Assembly (NCBI GenBank): GCA_964016885.1
Contig: OZ024764.1
Coordinates: 4,774,001-4,838,000 of the forward strand
Source of the DNA: Eledone cirrhosa
Taxonomy: Eukaryota
Direction of reading: 5' to 3'
DNA length: 64,000 nucleotides
The translations under genes were made by a program, and so were the position numbers. The notes under the pieces are model-generated. The model was not told where the DNA came from. It did not search any database and worked only from the letters and a program-made list of their open reading frames with translations. Below are positions 11,301 through 24,458 of the stretch, one piece after another (position 1 is the stretch's first letter; each line of letters begins with the position of its first letter).

Positions 11301-14300
11301 TTGACATATGTACTGCCTGTACAGTCACCAAAGGAGGTGTAGACAGACACATGTACTGCCTGTACAGTCACCAAAGGAGGTGTAGACAGACACATGTACT
11401 GCCTGTACAGTCACCAAAGGAGGTGTAGACAGACATGTGTACTGCCTGTACAGTCACCAAAGGAGGTATAGACAGACACATGTACTGCCTGTACAGTCAC
11501 CAAAGGAGGTGTAGACAGACATATGTACTGCCTGTACAGTCACCAAATGAGGTAGGGTTGACATATGTACTGCCTGTACAGTCACCAAAGGAGGTGTAGA
11601 CAGACACATGTACTGCCTGTACAGTCACCAAAGGAGGTGTAGACAGACACATGTACTGCCTGTACAGTCACCAAAGGAGGTGTAGACAGACATGTGTACT
11701 GCCTGTACAGTCACCAAAGGAGGTATAGACAGACATATGTACTGCCTGTACAGTCACCAAAGGAGGTATAGACAGACATATGTACTGCCTGTACAGTCAC
11801 CAAAGGAGGTATAGACAGACATGTGTACTGCCTGTACAGTCACCAAAGGTGAGATGGACAGACATGTGTACTGCCTGTACAGTCACCAAAGGAGGTGTAG
11901 ACAGACATATGTACTGCCTGTACAGTCACCAAAGGAGGTGTAGACAGACATATGTACTGCCTGTACAGTCACCAAAGGAGGTATAGACAGACATATGTAC
12001 TGCCTGTACAGTCATCAAAGGAGGTATAGACAGACATGTGTACTGCCTGTACAGTCACCAAAGGTGAGATGGACAGACATGTGTACTGCCTGTACAGTCA
12101 CCAAAGGAGATATAGACAGACATGTGTACTGCCTGTACAGTCACCAAAGGAGGTATAGACAGACATGTGTACTGCCTGTACAGTCACCAAAGGTGAGATA
12201 GACAGACATGTGTACTGCCTGTACAGTCACCAAAGGAGAGATAGACAGACATGTGTACTGCCTGTACAGTCACCAAAGGAGAGATAGACAGACATGTGTA
12301 CTGCCTGTACAGTCACCAAAGGAGGTGTAGACAGACATATGTACTGCCTGTACAGTCACCAAAGGAGGTGTAGACAGACATGTGTACTGCCTGTACAGTC
12401 ACCAAAGGAGGTATAGACAGACATGTGTACTGCCTGTACAGTCACCAAAGGAGAGATAGACAGACATGTGTACTGCCTGTACAGTCACCAAAGGAGGTAT
12501 AGACAGACATGTGTACTGCCTGTACAGTCACCAAAGGAGAGATAGACAGACATGTGTACTGCCTGTACAGTCACCAAAGGAGAGATAGACAGACAGACAT
12601 GTGTACTGCCTGTACAGTCACCAAAGGAGGTATAGACAGACATGTGTACTGCCTGTACTGTCACCAAAGGTGAGATGGACAGACATGTGTACTGCCTGTA
12701 CAGTCACCAAAGGAGGTGTAGACAGACATGTGTACTGCCTGTACAGTCACCAAAGGAGGTGTAGACAGACATATGTACTGCCTGTACAGTCACCAAAGGA
12801 GGTATAGACAGACATGTGTACTGCCTGTACAGTCACCAAAGGTGAGATAGACAGACATGTGTACTGCCTGTACAGTCACCAAAGGAGGTGTAGACAGACA
12901 TGTGTACTGCCTGTACAGTCACCAAAGGTGAGATAGACAGACATGTGTACTGCCTGTACAGTCACCAAAGGAGGTGTAGACAGACATGTGTACTGCCTGT
13001 ACAGTCACCAAAGGAGGTGTAGACAGACATGTGTACTGCCTGTACAGTCACCAAACGAGGTATAGACAGACATATGTACTGCCTGTACAGTCACCAAAGG
13101 AGGTATAGACAGACATGTGTACTGCCTGTACAGTCACCAAAGGTGAGATGGACAGACATGTGTACTGCCTGTACAGTCACCAAAGGAGGTGTAGACAGAC
13201 ATATGTACTGCCTGTACAGTCACCAAAGGAGGTATAGACAGACATGTGTACTGCCTGTACAGTCATCAAAGGAGGTATAGACAGACATATGTACTGCCTG
13301 TACAGTCACCAAAGGTGAGATGGACAGACATGTGTACTGCCTGTATAGTCACCAAAGGAGGTGTAGACAGACATGTGTACTGCCTGTATAGTCACCAAAG
13401 GAGGTATAGACAGACATGTGTACTGCCTGTACAGTCACCAAAGGAGGTATAGACAGACATGTGTACTGCCTGTACAGTCACCAAAGGAGAGATAGACAGA
13501 CATGTGTACTGCCTGTACAGTCACCAAAGGAGAGATAGACAGACATATGTACTGCCTGTACAGTCACCAAAGGAGGTATAGACAGACATGTGTACTGCCT
13601 GTACAGTCACCAAAGGAGAGATAGACTGACATGTGTACTGCCTGTACAGTCACCAAAGGAGAGATAGACAGACATGTGTACTGCCTGTACAGTCATCAAA
13701 GGAGGTGTAGACAGACATGTGTACTGCCTGTACAGTCACCAAAGGAGGTGTAGACAGACATGTGTACTGCCTGTACAGTCACCAAAGGAGGTATAGACAG
13801 ACATGTGTACTGCCTGTACAGTCACCAAAGGAGGTGTAGACAGACATGTGTACTGCCTGTACAGTCACCAAAGGAGGTATAGACAGACATGTGTACTGCC
13901 TGTACAGTCACCAAAGGTGAGATAGACAGACATGTGTACTGCCTGTACAGTCACCAAAGGAGAGATAGACAGACATGTGTACTGCCTGTACAGTCACCAA
14001 AGGAGAGATAGACAGACATATGTACTGCCTGTACAGTCACCAAAGGAGGTATAGACAGACATGTGTACAGTCACCAAAGGAGAGATAGACAGACATGTGT
14101 ACTGCCTGTACAGTCACCAAAGGTGAGATAGACAGACATGTGTACTGCCTGTACAGTCACCAAAGGAGGTGTAGACAGACATGTGTACTGCCTGTACAGT
14201 CACCAAAGGAGAGATAGACAGACATGTGTACTGCCTGTACAGTCACCAAAGGTGAGATAGACAGACATGTGTACTGCCTGTACAGTCACCAAAGGAGGTG

Positions 14301-15659
14301 TAGACAGACATGTGTACTGCCTGTACAGTCACCAAAGGAGGTGTAGACAGACATGTGTACTGCCTGTACAGTCACCAAAGGTGAGATGGACAGACATGTG
14401 TACTGCCTGTACAGTCACCAAAGGAGAGACAGACAGACATGTGTACTGCCTGTACAGTCACCAAAGGAGGTATAGACAGACATGTGTACTGCCTGTACAG
14501 TCACCAAAGGAGGTGTAGACAGACATGTGTACTGCCTGTACAGTCACCAAAGGAGGTATAGACAGACATGTGTACTGCCTGTACAGTCACCAAAGGTGAG
14601 ATAGACAGACATGTGTACTGCCTGTACAGTCACCAAAGGAGAGATAGACAGACATGTGTACTGCCTGTACAGTCACCAAAGGAGAGATAGACAGACATAT
14701 GTACTGCCTGTACAGTCACCAAAGGAGGTATAGACAGACATGTGTACAGTCACCAAAGGAGAGATAGACAGACATGTGTACTGCCTGTACAGTCACCAAA
14801 GGAGAGATAGACAGACATATGTACTGCCTGTACAGTCACCAAAGGAGATATAGACAGACATGTGTACTGCCTGTACAGTCACCAAAGGAGGTATAGACAG
14901 ACATGTGTACAGTCACCAAAGGAGAGATAGACAGACATGTGTACTGCCTGTACAGTCACCAAAGGAGAGATAGACAGACATATGTACTGCCTGTACAGTC
15001 ACCAAAGGAGGTATAGACAGACATGTGTACTGCCTGTACAGTCACCAAAGGTGAGATAGACAGACATGTGTACTGCCTGTACAGTCACCAAAGGAGGTGT
15101 AGACAGACATATGTACTGCCTGTACAGTCACCAAAGGAGGTATAGACAGACATGTGTACTGCCTGTACAGTCACCAAAGGAGGTGTAGACAGACATGTGT
15201 ACTGCCTGTACAGTCACCAAAGGAGGTATAGACAGACATGTGTACTGCCTGTACAGTCACCAAAGGTGAGATAGACAGACATGTGTACTGCCTGTACAGT
15301 CACCAAAGGAGAGATAGACAGACATGTGTACTGCCTGTACAGTCACCAAAGGAGAGATAGACAGACATGTGTACTGCCTGTACAGTCACCAAAGGAGGTG
15401 TAGACAGACATATGTACTGCCTGTACAGTCACCAAAGGAGGTGTAGACAGACATGTGTACTGCCTGTACAGTCACCAAAGGAGGTATAGACAGACATGTG
15501 TACTGCCTGTACAGTCACCAAAGGAGAGATAGACAGACATGTGTACTGCCTGTACAGTCACCAAAGGAGAGATAGACAGACATGTGTACTGCCTGTACAG
15601 TCACCAAAGGAGGTGTAGACAGACATATGTACTGCCTGTACAGTCACCAAAGGAGGTGT
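11275..15659. repeat. 43-bp satellite, ~100 copies
   Basis: Unit TGTACTGCCTGTACAGTCACCAAAGGAGGT(G/A)TAGACAGACAT(G/A) with variant GGAGAGAT/GGTGAGAT segments. Confidence 0.98.
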
Positions 15660-15699
15660 TATTTTAATAAATATATATAAAATTGTATATGCACATATA

Positions 15700-16488
15700 T
15701 ATAATTGTTTTATCTGGTTGGGGCACCACGATTGTTGCTACACATTCTATCTCCAGCCTGTGTTGGCTGGCCATTGGAGCAAAAGGGAGTTCGTTGCTGT
15801 TGCCCCTTAGGTTACCATCGTACCGTGCTGTGGGCTCATCCGGGATTCTGGATAGCAAGGGGTCAACATGTTTCTTGTAAACATCCACATGCAGATCTCT
15901 CAAATTTCTTGGCAGCTTATTGAAGAGTTGAGGGCTTTTGAAACCCAGACTATTGCAATATCTGCTCCTTATTCTAGATGTGAAAGATGGGATCTTTGGC
16001 ACCACTCAGTGACGTCCTGTCTGGGGGTTGGTCCAGCTCTCAATGTCAAAGTTTGGTGCTAGTCCTCTAGGATTTTCCACACGTATATCTCTCCTGTCTT
16101 CATTTCAAGGAGTAGAGATTCAGTTCTTTTAGCCTACCATCGCAATCCTCTTGGTGTAGCTACGTTGGATTGCCTCAAGCTCTGTGGTTAGTTTGATACT
16201 ATGGGGTGACCACAGCTGGGAGCAATAGTCCAGGCAGCTAAGGACAAATGTCCTTCATAGGTCTCTTGCCTGGAAAGTCCTCAAGATCGAGCCAGCTGCA
16301 CATTGTCTCCACCCTCAAGATGTGTGAAGAAAAAGATGCATTGTCGCTCATGTCTATTCCCAGGTCTCGTATAGATTTCAACACGGGGATTTCGATCCCT
16401 CCTGGTCCAGTGTAGCTGTTTACAGGTTTTTATTGTAGGGCTTGAAATTTTCCAGCATTAAACTGCATGTTGTTGTCCTCAGCCCATA
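15700..16488 (-). mobile_element. CR1-like LINE 3' fragment, decayed
   Basis: Minus-strand pieces WAEDNNMQFNAGKF, RDLGI, LDYCSQLWSP, LEAIQR, LKELNLYSL, FNKLPRNLRDL, IPDEPT; many indels. Confidence 0.85.
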
Positions 16489-16499
16489 TTTATGATATA

Positions 16500-18050
16500 T
16501 AGTCCTGGGTATGACATTAAACTACATCCAGGTGGAAAGGTTCCAGTTCAGGAGCTGTGGGGATTGTGGAGTTACCCGTTAGTTGTTATCACTCCCAGAT
16601 CTGCCCTTCTAAAATCCCGGAGAGCTCAATTTGCTGGCCACTGTCACCGTGCCAGCAATGAAATCATATCCGCTCTCTTGCTCTGGAACCCTGACTAGGA
16701 GTAGGAAGCTGTCATTCCCTGACGTTATCTCTAGGGATACGGGAATCAGCAGACAGGACCTGGGGGGACAGGGGATTCTGGGGCATGAGAGTGAGATCCA
16801 TCATCTCGACGAGTGATGATGATGATGAGTACCTGTCAGGGCCCCTTTTATGGGTTAAATAATTACCTTATTCAAGTGGTGCTGGTAAGGTATTATCAGC
16901 CACTGAAAAGAACGAAGGGGAGTGGATTTAACAGCACTAGGATTAGAGCCCCTAACTACAGTCAAGGATCAGTCTGGTCGTTATGACTCTGTTGGCTGAG
17001 AGCCACAGGGAGGGCCAGTGGGTGATGGATCAGCTGTCTCAGACAAATATAAAGAATGCAGTTTTGTCCTGCAGAAGAGCCATTAAAATGAGCACTCCAA
17101 ATGTGAGGACTGTTCGGACATTGGAGAGGAGCTGGGTCATCTGTTCGAGGAGAGTGGTATGCAGATCCTACACGATGAGCCCGTGAGGAGAGTGATGATT
17201 GGGAAGAGGAACACAACAAATGCTGCAGTAGGAGTGGGTTTTGTTTTCAATGCAAAAACCAATCTATTGGTGAGGGAAATCGTACCTGCCCCCCCACGAG
17301 TGTTGAGGGTGACCTTCAATGGAAACCCAAGACTGTCATCTCAGCCTATAGTCCAACTGAGGGAGCCAGTGATGTGAGTGCGGAAGAGTTCCATGAAGTG
17401 TGTAGAGCACACAACATCCTGCTTGTTCTGGGGGACTTCAATGCACATCTGAGTAAGGAGAGCAGTGAAGATCCTTGCTCGTACTTCCATAACAACACCA
17501 ACCAGAATGGAAGACTACTGAGAGACGCCCTGCTAGAAGCGAACTTGATGGCAACCAACCTAAGGTTTAGGAAGAATCAGGGGAAGATGTGGACCTACAT
17601 CTCTGATTTCATTCTGTGGCGGAATAGTGCTCTGAACACAGAACCATACAACTATTTCAGTACACTGGGCAGTGACCATCGGCTTGTTATGAGTGAGGTC
17701 CGGGTGAGCTTAAGAAAGAGCAAGGCTCAGCCCCGGAGAGCTTTCAAGGAAGATAAGCTACAGGAGAGGTTCACAGTAGAAGTGAGGAACAGGTTCAGTG
17801 CTCTGTGTGGAGAGAGATTGGAGGGACTGAGGAGGTACAGGTACTTCACCAATGCAGTGGCGGAAGCAAGTGAGACCCTGGTGTTAAGGAGAAAAAGAGG
17901 ACGCACATAAGCTCTGCAGGCCCAAAAGTGTGTGCAGCCAGAGAACACGTGAAAGCTGCCAAGGACCAATTCTATGCTGATCCTGCGGAGGAGGGGAAGA
18001 ATATGGAGGTGATGAGGCAAGAACTCTGTACCGCTTACAGTGAGGCCAGA
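16500..18050 (+). mobile_element. RTE/RTEX-like family C element, 5' region and AP-endonuclease, decayed and 3'-truncated
   Basis: LGDFNAH and LGSDHRLV endonuclease motifs in ORF 17374-17910; closely similar to 62995-64000(-). Confidence 0.85.
16600..16829 (+). mobile_element. Short 3'-end of an RTE/RTEX-like LINE with (TGA)n tail
   Basis: RRAQFAGHCHR...LLLW.P and KLSFPDVISRDTG C-terminal motifs, ending TGATGATGATGATGA. Confidence 0.75.
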
Positions 18051-18380
18051 GACACTTTCTCAACCTGGTGTAGTCTGTGACTAACCTAGGCTCTGCTGCA
18101 CTTCGGGCTGAGGAGGCCAAACTCTCCAAGTATCGGTCGCTTTCTGACAGGTTTGCTGTCGTGCTCTTGGCAGTGGAGACTTCATGTGTCCTTGGCCCTA
18201 GGGCTACCTCCCTACTTACCACCATAGGTGTTGACTGGCCCGCCGAAGGTGTGAGCTTCGCGACATGGAATGGCTCTTCCAGCTCATCTCACTTACCATC
18301 CTCCGGGGAAACGCCTTCTCCATTCTGTCTGCCAGGGCTGTGAGCCGGCAAGCATGTGGAGCCTCATTTGCTCATAATAG
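18048..18380 (+). mobile_element. CRE-like non-LTR element 3' fragment (restriction-like endonuclease C-terminus)
   Basis: AEEAKLSKYRSL..F..LAVETS.VLGPRA, then in another frame EWLFQLISLTILRGNAFSIL. Confidence 0.75.
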
Positions 18381-18712
18381 AGAGAGATGGGGAGGGCGAG
18401 AGAGATGGAGGTGATGACAGTGGGAGTTCGGCTCTTCCGTATTGGGACCTGGTGTACGTGTGAGATGCGGAGGGTGAGAGTGATGGAGGTGATGACAGTG
18501 GGAGTTTGGCTCCTCTGTGTCAGGACCTGGTGTACGTGTGAGAGATGGGGAGGGCGAGAGTGATGGAGGTGATGGCAGTGGGAGTTCGGCCCTTCCTTGT
18601 TGGGACCTGGTGTACGTTTGAGAGATGGGAAGGGCGAGAGAGATGGAGGTGATGACAGTGGGAGTTCGTCTCTTCTGTGTTGGGACCTGGTGTACGTGTG
18701 AGAGATGGAGGA
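18380..18712. repeat. 78-80-bp minisatellite (~4 copies)
   Basis: GAGATGGAGGTGATGACAGTGGGAGTTCGG...GGGACCTGGTGTACGTGTGAGA repeated, with GTGATG at 18411, 18489, 18569, 18649. Confidence 0.92.
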
Positions 18713-19167
18713 GGTATTATGTCTACAAATATTGTAGATTTATGTTAAAACTTCTCACATCACAAATATATTTTCGTATTTCTTTCATTATTTCTTTCGT
18801 TATGGTGATCATGTGTAATTAACCCACCTTTAATTAAAGTGAAAACTTTAGTTGTTGCAAGTCAGACATTGATATTCCATTGTCCAGTATATTGTCTCAA
18901 ATATCTCAAATTAAACAGATTTTAACAACAACAACACAAATAAACAACTTTATTCTTGATTATCTAAATTACGATGTATAAATGTTTAGAAATGTAATAC
19001 AATCTTACAGCTTTTACTAGGAAGAGGCTATGTAGCCGGTAAGAGTGTCAGACACCAGGAGTTGCTGCCAGAGTTGAGATAATTTGAAATCTTTTCCACC
19101 ATAAATTGTTTAAAAAACAAGTTAAAATAATTTAGTCGTCCATTGGTAACATATGTTACACTTTAGT

Positions 19168-19540
19168 TACCTACACACATCTACAGGTAAATATAGAGAC
19201 AAGAGAGGTGTAAACCTACATATACACACATCTACAGGCAGATATATAGACAGAGACAAGACAGGTGTAAACCTACATATACACACATTTACAGGTAGAT
19301 ATATAGACAGAGAGAGACAAGAGAGGTGTAAACCTACATATACACACATCTACAGGCAGATATATAGACAGAGACAAGACAGGTGTAAACCTACATATAC
19401 ACACATCTACAGGTAGATATATAGACAAGAGAAGTGTAAACCTACATATACACACATCTACAGGCAGATATATAGACAGAGACAAGAGAGGTGTAAACCT
19501 ACATATACACACATCTACAGGCAGATATATAGACAGATAT
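19168..19540. repeat. ~57-bp minisatellite (~6.5 copies)
   Basis: ACCTACATATACACACATCTACAGGCAGATATATAGACAGAGACAAGAGAGGTGTAA repeated. Confidence 0.92.
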
Positions 19541-20450
19541 ATTTCTTTATTTGCCACAGAGGCACAAAAGAAGGGGACAAATACAAAGGGGGAAGTTTAC
19601 ATACAATAAAAACATGTAAAATATTATCACAAATGTAATTTAAAAATTAGTCGATTTTCCTCAATAGGGGGAGACATTTCATATGGGTAACACATACCCC
19701 CGAAAAAAATGTGCAACCCTCATCTCCAGGAGTACTAAGAGTTTGTAGCCGTTTCCTCAACCTACAGGCTGATATAGAGAGAAGGCCCATTCACTCGGGC
19801 CATTCTCGCCACTTTCACCCACCTTTCATAAAACTTGCTGGGGTACAGCACCTCTCTCTCCATCCTGATTCTTCTTCCAAAGTGGTATTTGAAAAACAGA
19901 ATCAGTTGTTGGCCGGAGAGAAAGGTGTCTGACCTCAGCCCTTTTAACCTCGTCCACCATACAACCTCTTTCGCCATAGCTATCACACAAAGGAAAACCG
20001 CCTCTCCTTCGTTTTTGAAGGAGGGTGGCGGTTTGATCATGACAATGGACTCGGTGGTCAACCGAATTGGTCCCACCTGCGACAATAGTCGTTCTACATA
20101 GCCCCACAGGTCGCTGACGCCCGGGCAGCGTATGAATGCATACTCGACGGTTTCTTCATCTCGGACAGATTTTTTTGCAGGGTCCCTGCCCGGGCGCCCA
20201 TGTCTGGAGAGCTTGTCTCGAACTGGTAGAGCTCCTCGGTAGCACTGCCAGGCCAGGGACTTTTGGAAGTTGTCCATCGGTCCCAGGCGGAAGGTCCTAC
20301 CGAACAGACTGGCCAGTTCGTCTTCCTCTACGCCCAGAGTTTCACCGAGCACGTCATCGCACTTGCTGCGGATCAACCCTCTATAGCACAGGTTCTCAAC
20401 CCATTTAGGCCAAACTTTTGTCCCTCGAAATCACGAAACGCCCCGCCACC
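19540..20450 (-). mobile_element. Tx1/L1-like LINE 3' fragment (C-terminal zinc-binding region plus 3' UTR)
   Basis: ORF 19762-20376: SLAWQCYRGALPVRDKL...EETVEYAFIRCP..SDLW...AKEVVWWTR. Confidence 0.8.
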
Positions 20451-20528
20451 CTATTTTTTCACTTTTTCAATATACTACTGATTTTTATATCAGTAGATTA
20501 CTAAAAAAATTGATTAACAATATTCCAA

Positions 20529-23500
20529 AGATGTGTGTATTATCTGATTATGTGTTGTATGAAGTCCTAGATGTGTGTATTATCTGCTTATGTGTTGTAT
20601 GTGGTCCTAGATGTGTGTATTATCTGATTATGTGTTGTATGTGGTCCTAGATGTGTGTATTATCTGATTATGTGTTGTATGTGGTCCTAGATGTGTGTAT
20701 TATCTGATTATGTGTTGTATGAAGTCCTAGATGTGTGTATTATCTGATTATGTGTTGTATGTGGTCCTAGATGTGTGTATTATCTGATTATGTGTTGTAT
20801 GTGGTCCTAGATGTGTGTATTATCTGATTATGTGTTGTATGTGGTCCTAGATGTGTGTATTATCTGATTATGTGTTGTATGAAGTCCTAGATGTGTGTAT
20901 TATCTGATTATGTGTTGTATGTGGTCCTAGATGTGTGTATTATCTGATTATGTGTTGTATGTGGTCCTAGATGTGTGTATTATCTGATTATGTGTTGTAT
21001 GTGGTCCTAGATGTGTGTATTATCTGCTTATGTGTTGTATGTGGTCCTAGATGTGTGTATTATCTGATTATGTGTTGTATGTGGTCCTAGATGTGTGTAT
21101 TATCTGATTATGTGTTGTATGTGGTCCTAGATGTGTGTATTATCTGATTATGTGTTGTATGTGGTCCTAGATGTGTGTATTATCTGATTATGTGTTGTAT
21201 GTGGTCCTAGATGTGTGTATTATCTGATTATGTGTTGTATGAGGTCCTAGATGTGTGTATTATCTGATTATGTGTTGTATGTGGTCCTAGATGTGTGTAT
21301 TATCTGATTATGTGTTGTATGTGGTCCTAGATGTGTGTATTATCTGATTATGTGTTCTATGTGGTCCTAGATGTGTGTATTATCTGATTATGTGGTCCTA
21401 GATGTGTGTATTATCTGATTATGTGTTGTATGTGGTCCTAGATGTGTGTATTATCTGATTATGTGTTGTATGTGGTCCTAGATGTGTGTATTATCTGATT
21501 ATGTGTTGTATGTGGTCCTAGATGTGTGTATTATCTGATTATGTGTTGTATGAGGTCCTAGATGTGTGTATTATCTGATTATGTGTTGTATGTGGTCCTA
21601 GATGTGTGTATTATCTGATTATGTGTTGTATGTGGTCCTAGATGTGTGTATTATCTGATTATGTGTTGTATGTGGTCCTAGATGTGTGTATTATTTGATT
21701 ATGTGTTGTATGAGGTCCTAGATGTGTGTATTATTTGATTATGTGTTCTATGTGGTCCTAGATGTGTGTATTATCTGATTATGTGTTGTATGAGGTCCTA
21801 GATGTGTGTATTATCTGATTATGTGTTGTATGTGGTCCTAGATGTGTGTATTATCTGATTATGTGTTGTATGTGGTCCTAGATGTGTGTATTATCTGATT
21901 ATGTGTTGTATGTGGTCCTAGATGTGTGTATTATCTGATTATGTGTTGTATGTGGTCCTAGATGTGTGTATTATCTGATTATGTGTTGTATGTGGTCCTA
22001 GATGTGTGTATTATCTGATTATGTGTTGTATGTGGTCCTAGATGTGTGTATTATCTGATTATGTGTTCTATGTGGTCCTAGATGTGTGTATTATCTGATT
22101 ATGTGGTCCTAGATGTGTGTATTATCTGATTATGTGTTGTATGTGGTCCTAGATGTGTGTATTATCTGATTATGTGTTGTATGTGGTCCTAGATGTGTGT
22201 ATTATCTGATTATGTGTTGTATGTGGTCCTAGATGTGTGTATTATCTGATTATGTGTTGTATGAGGTCCTAGATGTGTGTATTATCTGATTATGTGTTGT
22301 ATGTGGTCCTAGATGTGTGTATTATCTGATTATGTGTTGTATGTGGTCCTAGATGTGTGTATTATCTGATTATGTGTTGTATGTGGTCCTAGATGTGTGT
22401 ATTATTTGATTATGTGTTGTATGAGGTCCTAGATGTGTGTATTATCTGATTATGTGTTCTATGTGGTCCTAGATGTGTGTATTATCTGATTATGTGTTGT
22501 ATGAGGTCCTAGATGTGTGTATTATCTGATTATGTGTTGTATGTGGTCCTAGATGTGTGTATTATCTGATTATGTGGTCCTAGATGTGTGTATTATCTGA
22601 TTATGTGTTGTATGTGGTCCTAGATGTGTGTATTATCTGATTATGTGTTGTATGTGGTCCTAGATGTGTGTATTATCTGATTATGTGTTGTATGTGGTCC
22701 TAGATGTGTGTATTATCTGATTATGTGTTGTATGTGGTCCTAGATGTGTGTATTATCTGATTATGTGTTGTATGTTGTCCTAGATGTGTGTATTATCTGA
22801 TTATGTGTTGTATGTGGTCCTAGATGTGTGTATTATCTGATTATGTGTTGTATGTGGTCCTAGATGTGTGTATTATCTGATTATGTGTTGTATGTTGTCC
22901 TAGATGTGTGTATTATCTGATTATGTGTTGTATGTGGTCCTAGATGTGTGTATTATCTGATTATGTGTTGTATGTAGTCCTAGATGTGTGTATTATCTGA
23001 TTATGTGTTGTATGTGGTCCTAGATGTGTGTATTATTTGATTATGTGTTGTATGAGGTCCTAGATGTGTGTATTATCTGATTATGTGTTGTATGTGGTCC
23101 TAGATGTGTGTATTATCTGATTATGTGTTGTATGTGGTCCTAGATGTGTGTATTATCTGATTATGTGTTGTATGTGGTCCTAGATGTGTGTATTATCTGA
23201 TTATGTGTTGTATGTTGTCCTAGATGTGTGTATTATCTGATTATGTGTTGTATGTGGTCCTAGATGTGTGTATTATCTGATTATGTGTTGTATGTGGTCC
23301 TAGATGTGTGTATTATCTGATTATGTGTTGTATGTTGTCCTAGATGTGTGTATTATCTGATTATGTGTTGTATGTGGTCCTAGATGTGTGTATTATCTGA
23401 TTATGTGTTGTATGTAGTCCTAGATGTGTGTATTATCTGCTTATGTGTTGTATGTGGTCCTAGATGTGTGTATTATCTGATTATGTGTTGTATGTGGTCC

Positions 23501-24188
23501 TAGATGTGTGTATTATCTGATTATGTGTTGTATGTGGTCCTAGATGTGTGTATTATTTGATTATGTGTTGTATGAGGTCCTAGATGTGTGTATTATCTGA
23601 TTATGGGTTCTATGTGGTCCTAGATGTGTGTATTATCTGATTGTGTTGTATGAGGTTCTAGATGTGTGTATTATCTGATTATGTGTTGTATGTGGTCCTA
23701 GATGTGTGTATTATCTGATTATGTGTTGTATGTGGTCCTAGATGTGTGTATTATCTGATTATGTGTTGTATGTGGTCCTAGATGTGTGTATTATCTGATT
23801 ATGTGTTGTATGTGGTCCTAGATGTGTGTATTATCTGATTATGTGTTGTATGTGGTCCTAGATGTGTGTATTATCTGATTATGTGTTGTATGAGGTTCTA
23901 GATGTGTGTATTATCTGATTATGTGTTGTATGTGGTCCTAGATGTGTGTATTATCTGATTATGGGTTCTATGTGGTCCTAGATGTGTGTATTATCTGATT
24001 ATGTGTTGTATGAGGTTCTAGATGTGTGTATTATCTGATTATGTGTTGTATGTGGTCCTAGATGTGTGTATTATCTGATTATGTGTTGTATGTGGTCCTA
24101 GATGTGTGTATTATCTGATTATGTGTTGTATGTGGTCCTAGATGTGTGTATTATCTGATTATGTGTTCTATGTAGTCCTAGATGTGTG
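20529..24188. repeat. 40-bp satellite, ~91 copies
   Basis: Unit AGATGTGTGTATTATCTGATTATGTGTTGTATGTGGTCCT, with three 31-bp deletion variants. Confidence 0.98.
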
Positions 24189-24458
24189 ATCTACTCGCTT
24201 CTTTTTTTTATTTGTAATATTATTTATACAATTTCAGTTGAATCAATACAGTTACGGTTGAATCAATAATTTCAAACAAGATATACATTGTTATCGGTGA
24301 AGGAAAGATAAGATTCTAATTGGCTACACTCAAAGTGTCCTTGACCCAGTTGACTGGATTTTTCTATTTTTAGGATCTGCCTGCACACCGCTGCAGTCAG
24401 GCTATAGTTATGCTGTCTGCAAGCTCATTCAAACTGCAGCTGTGAGCAAACATATCCA

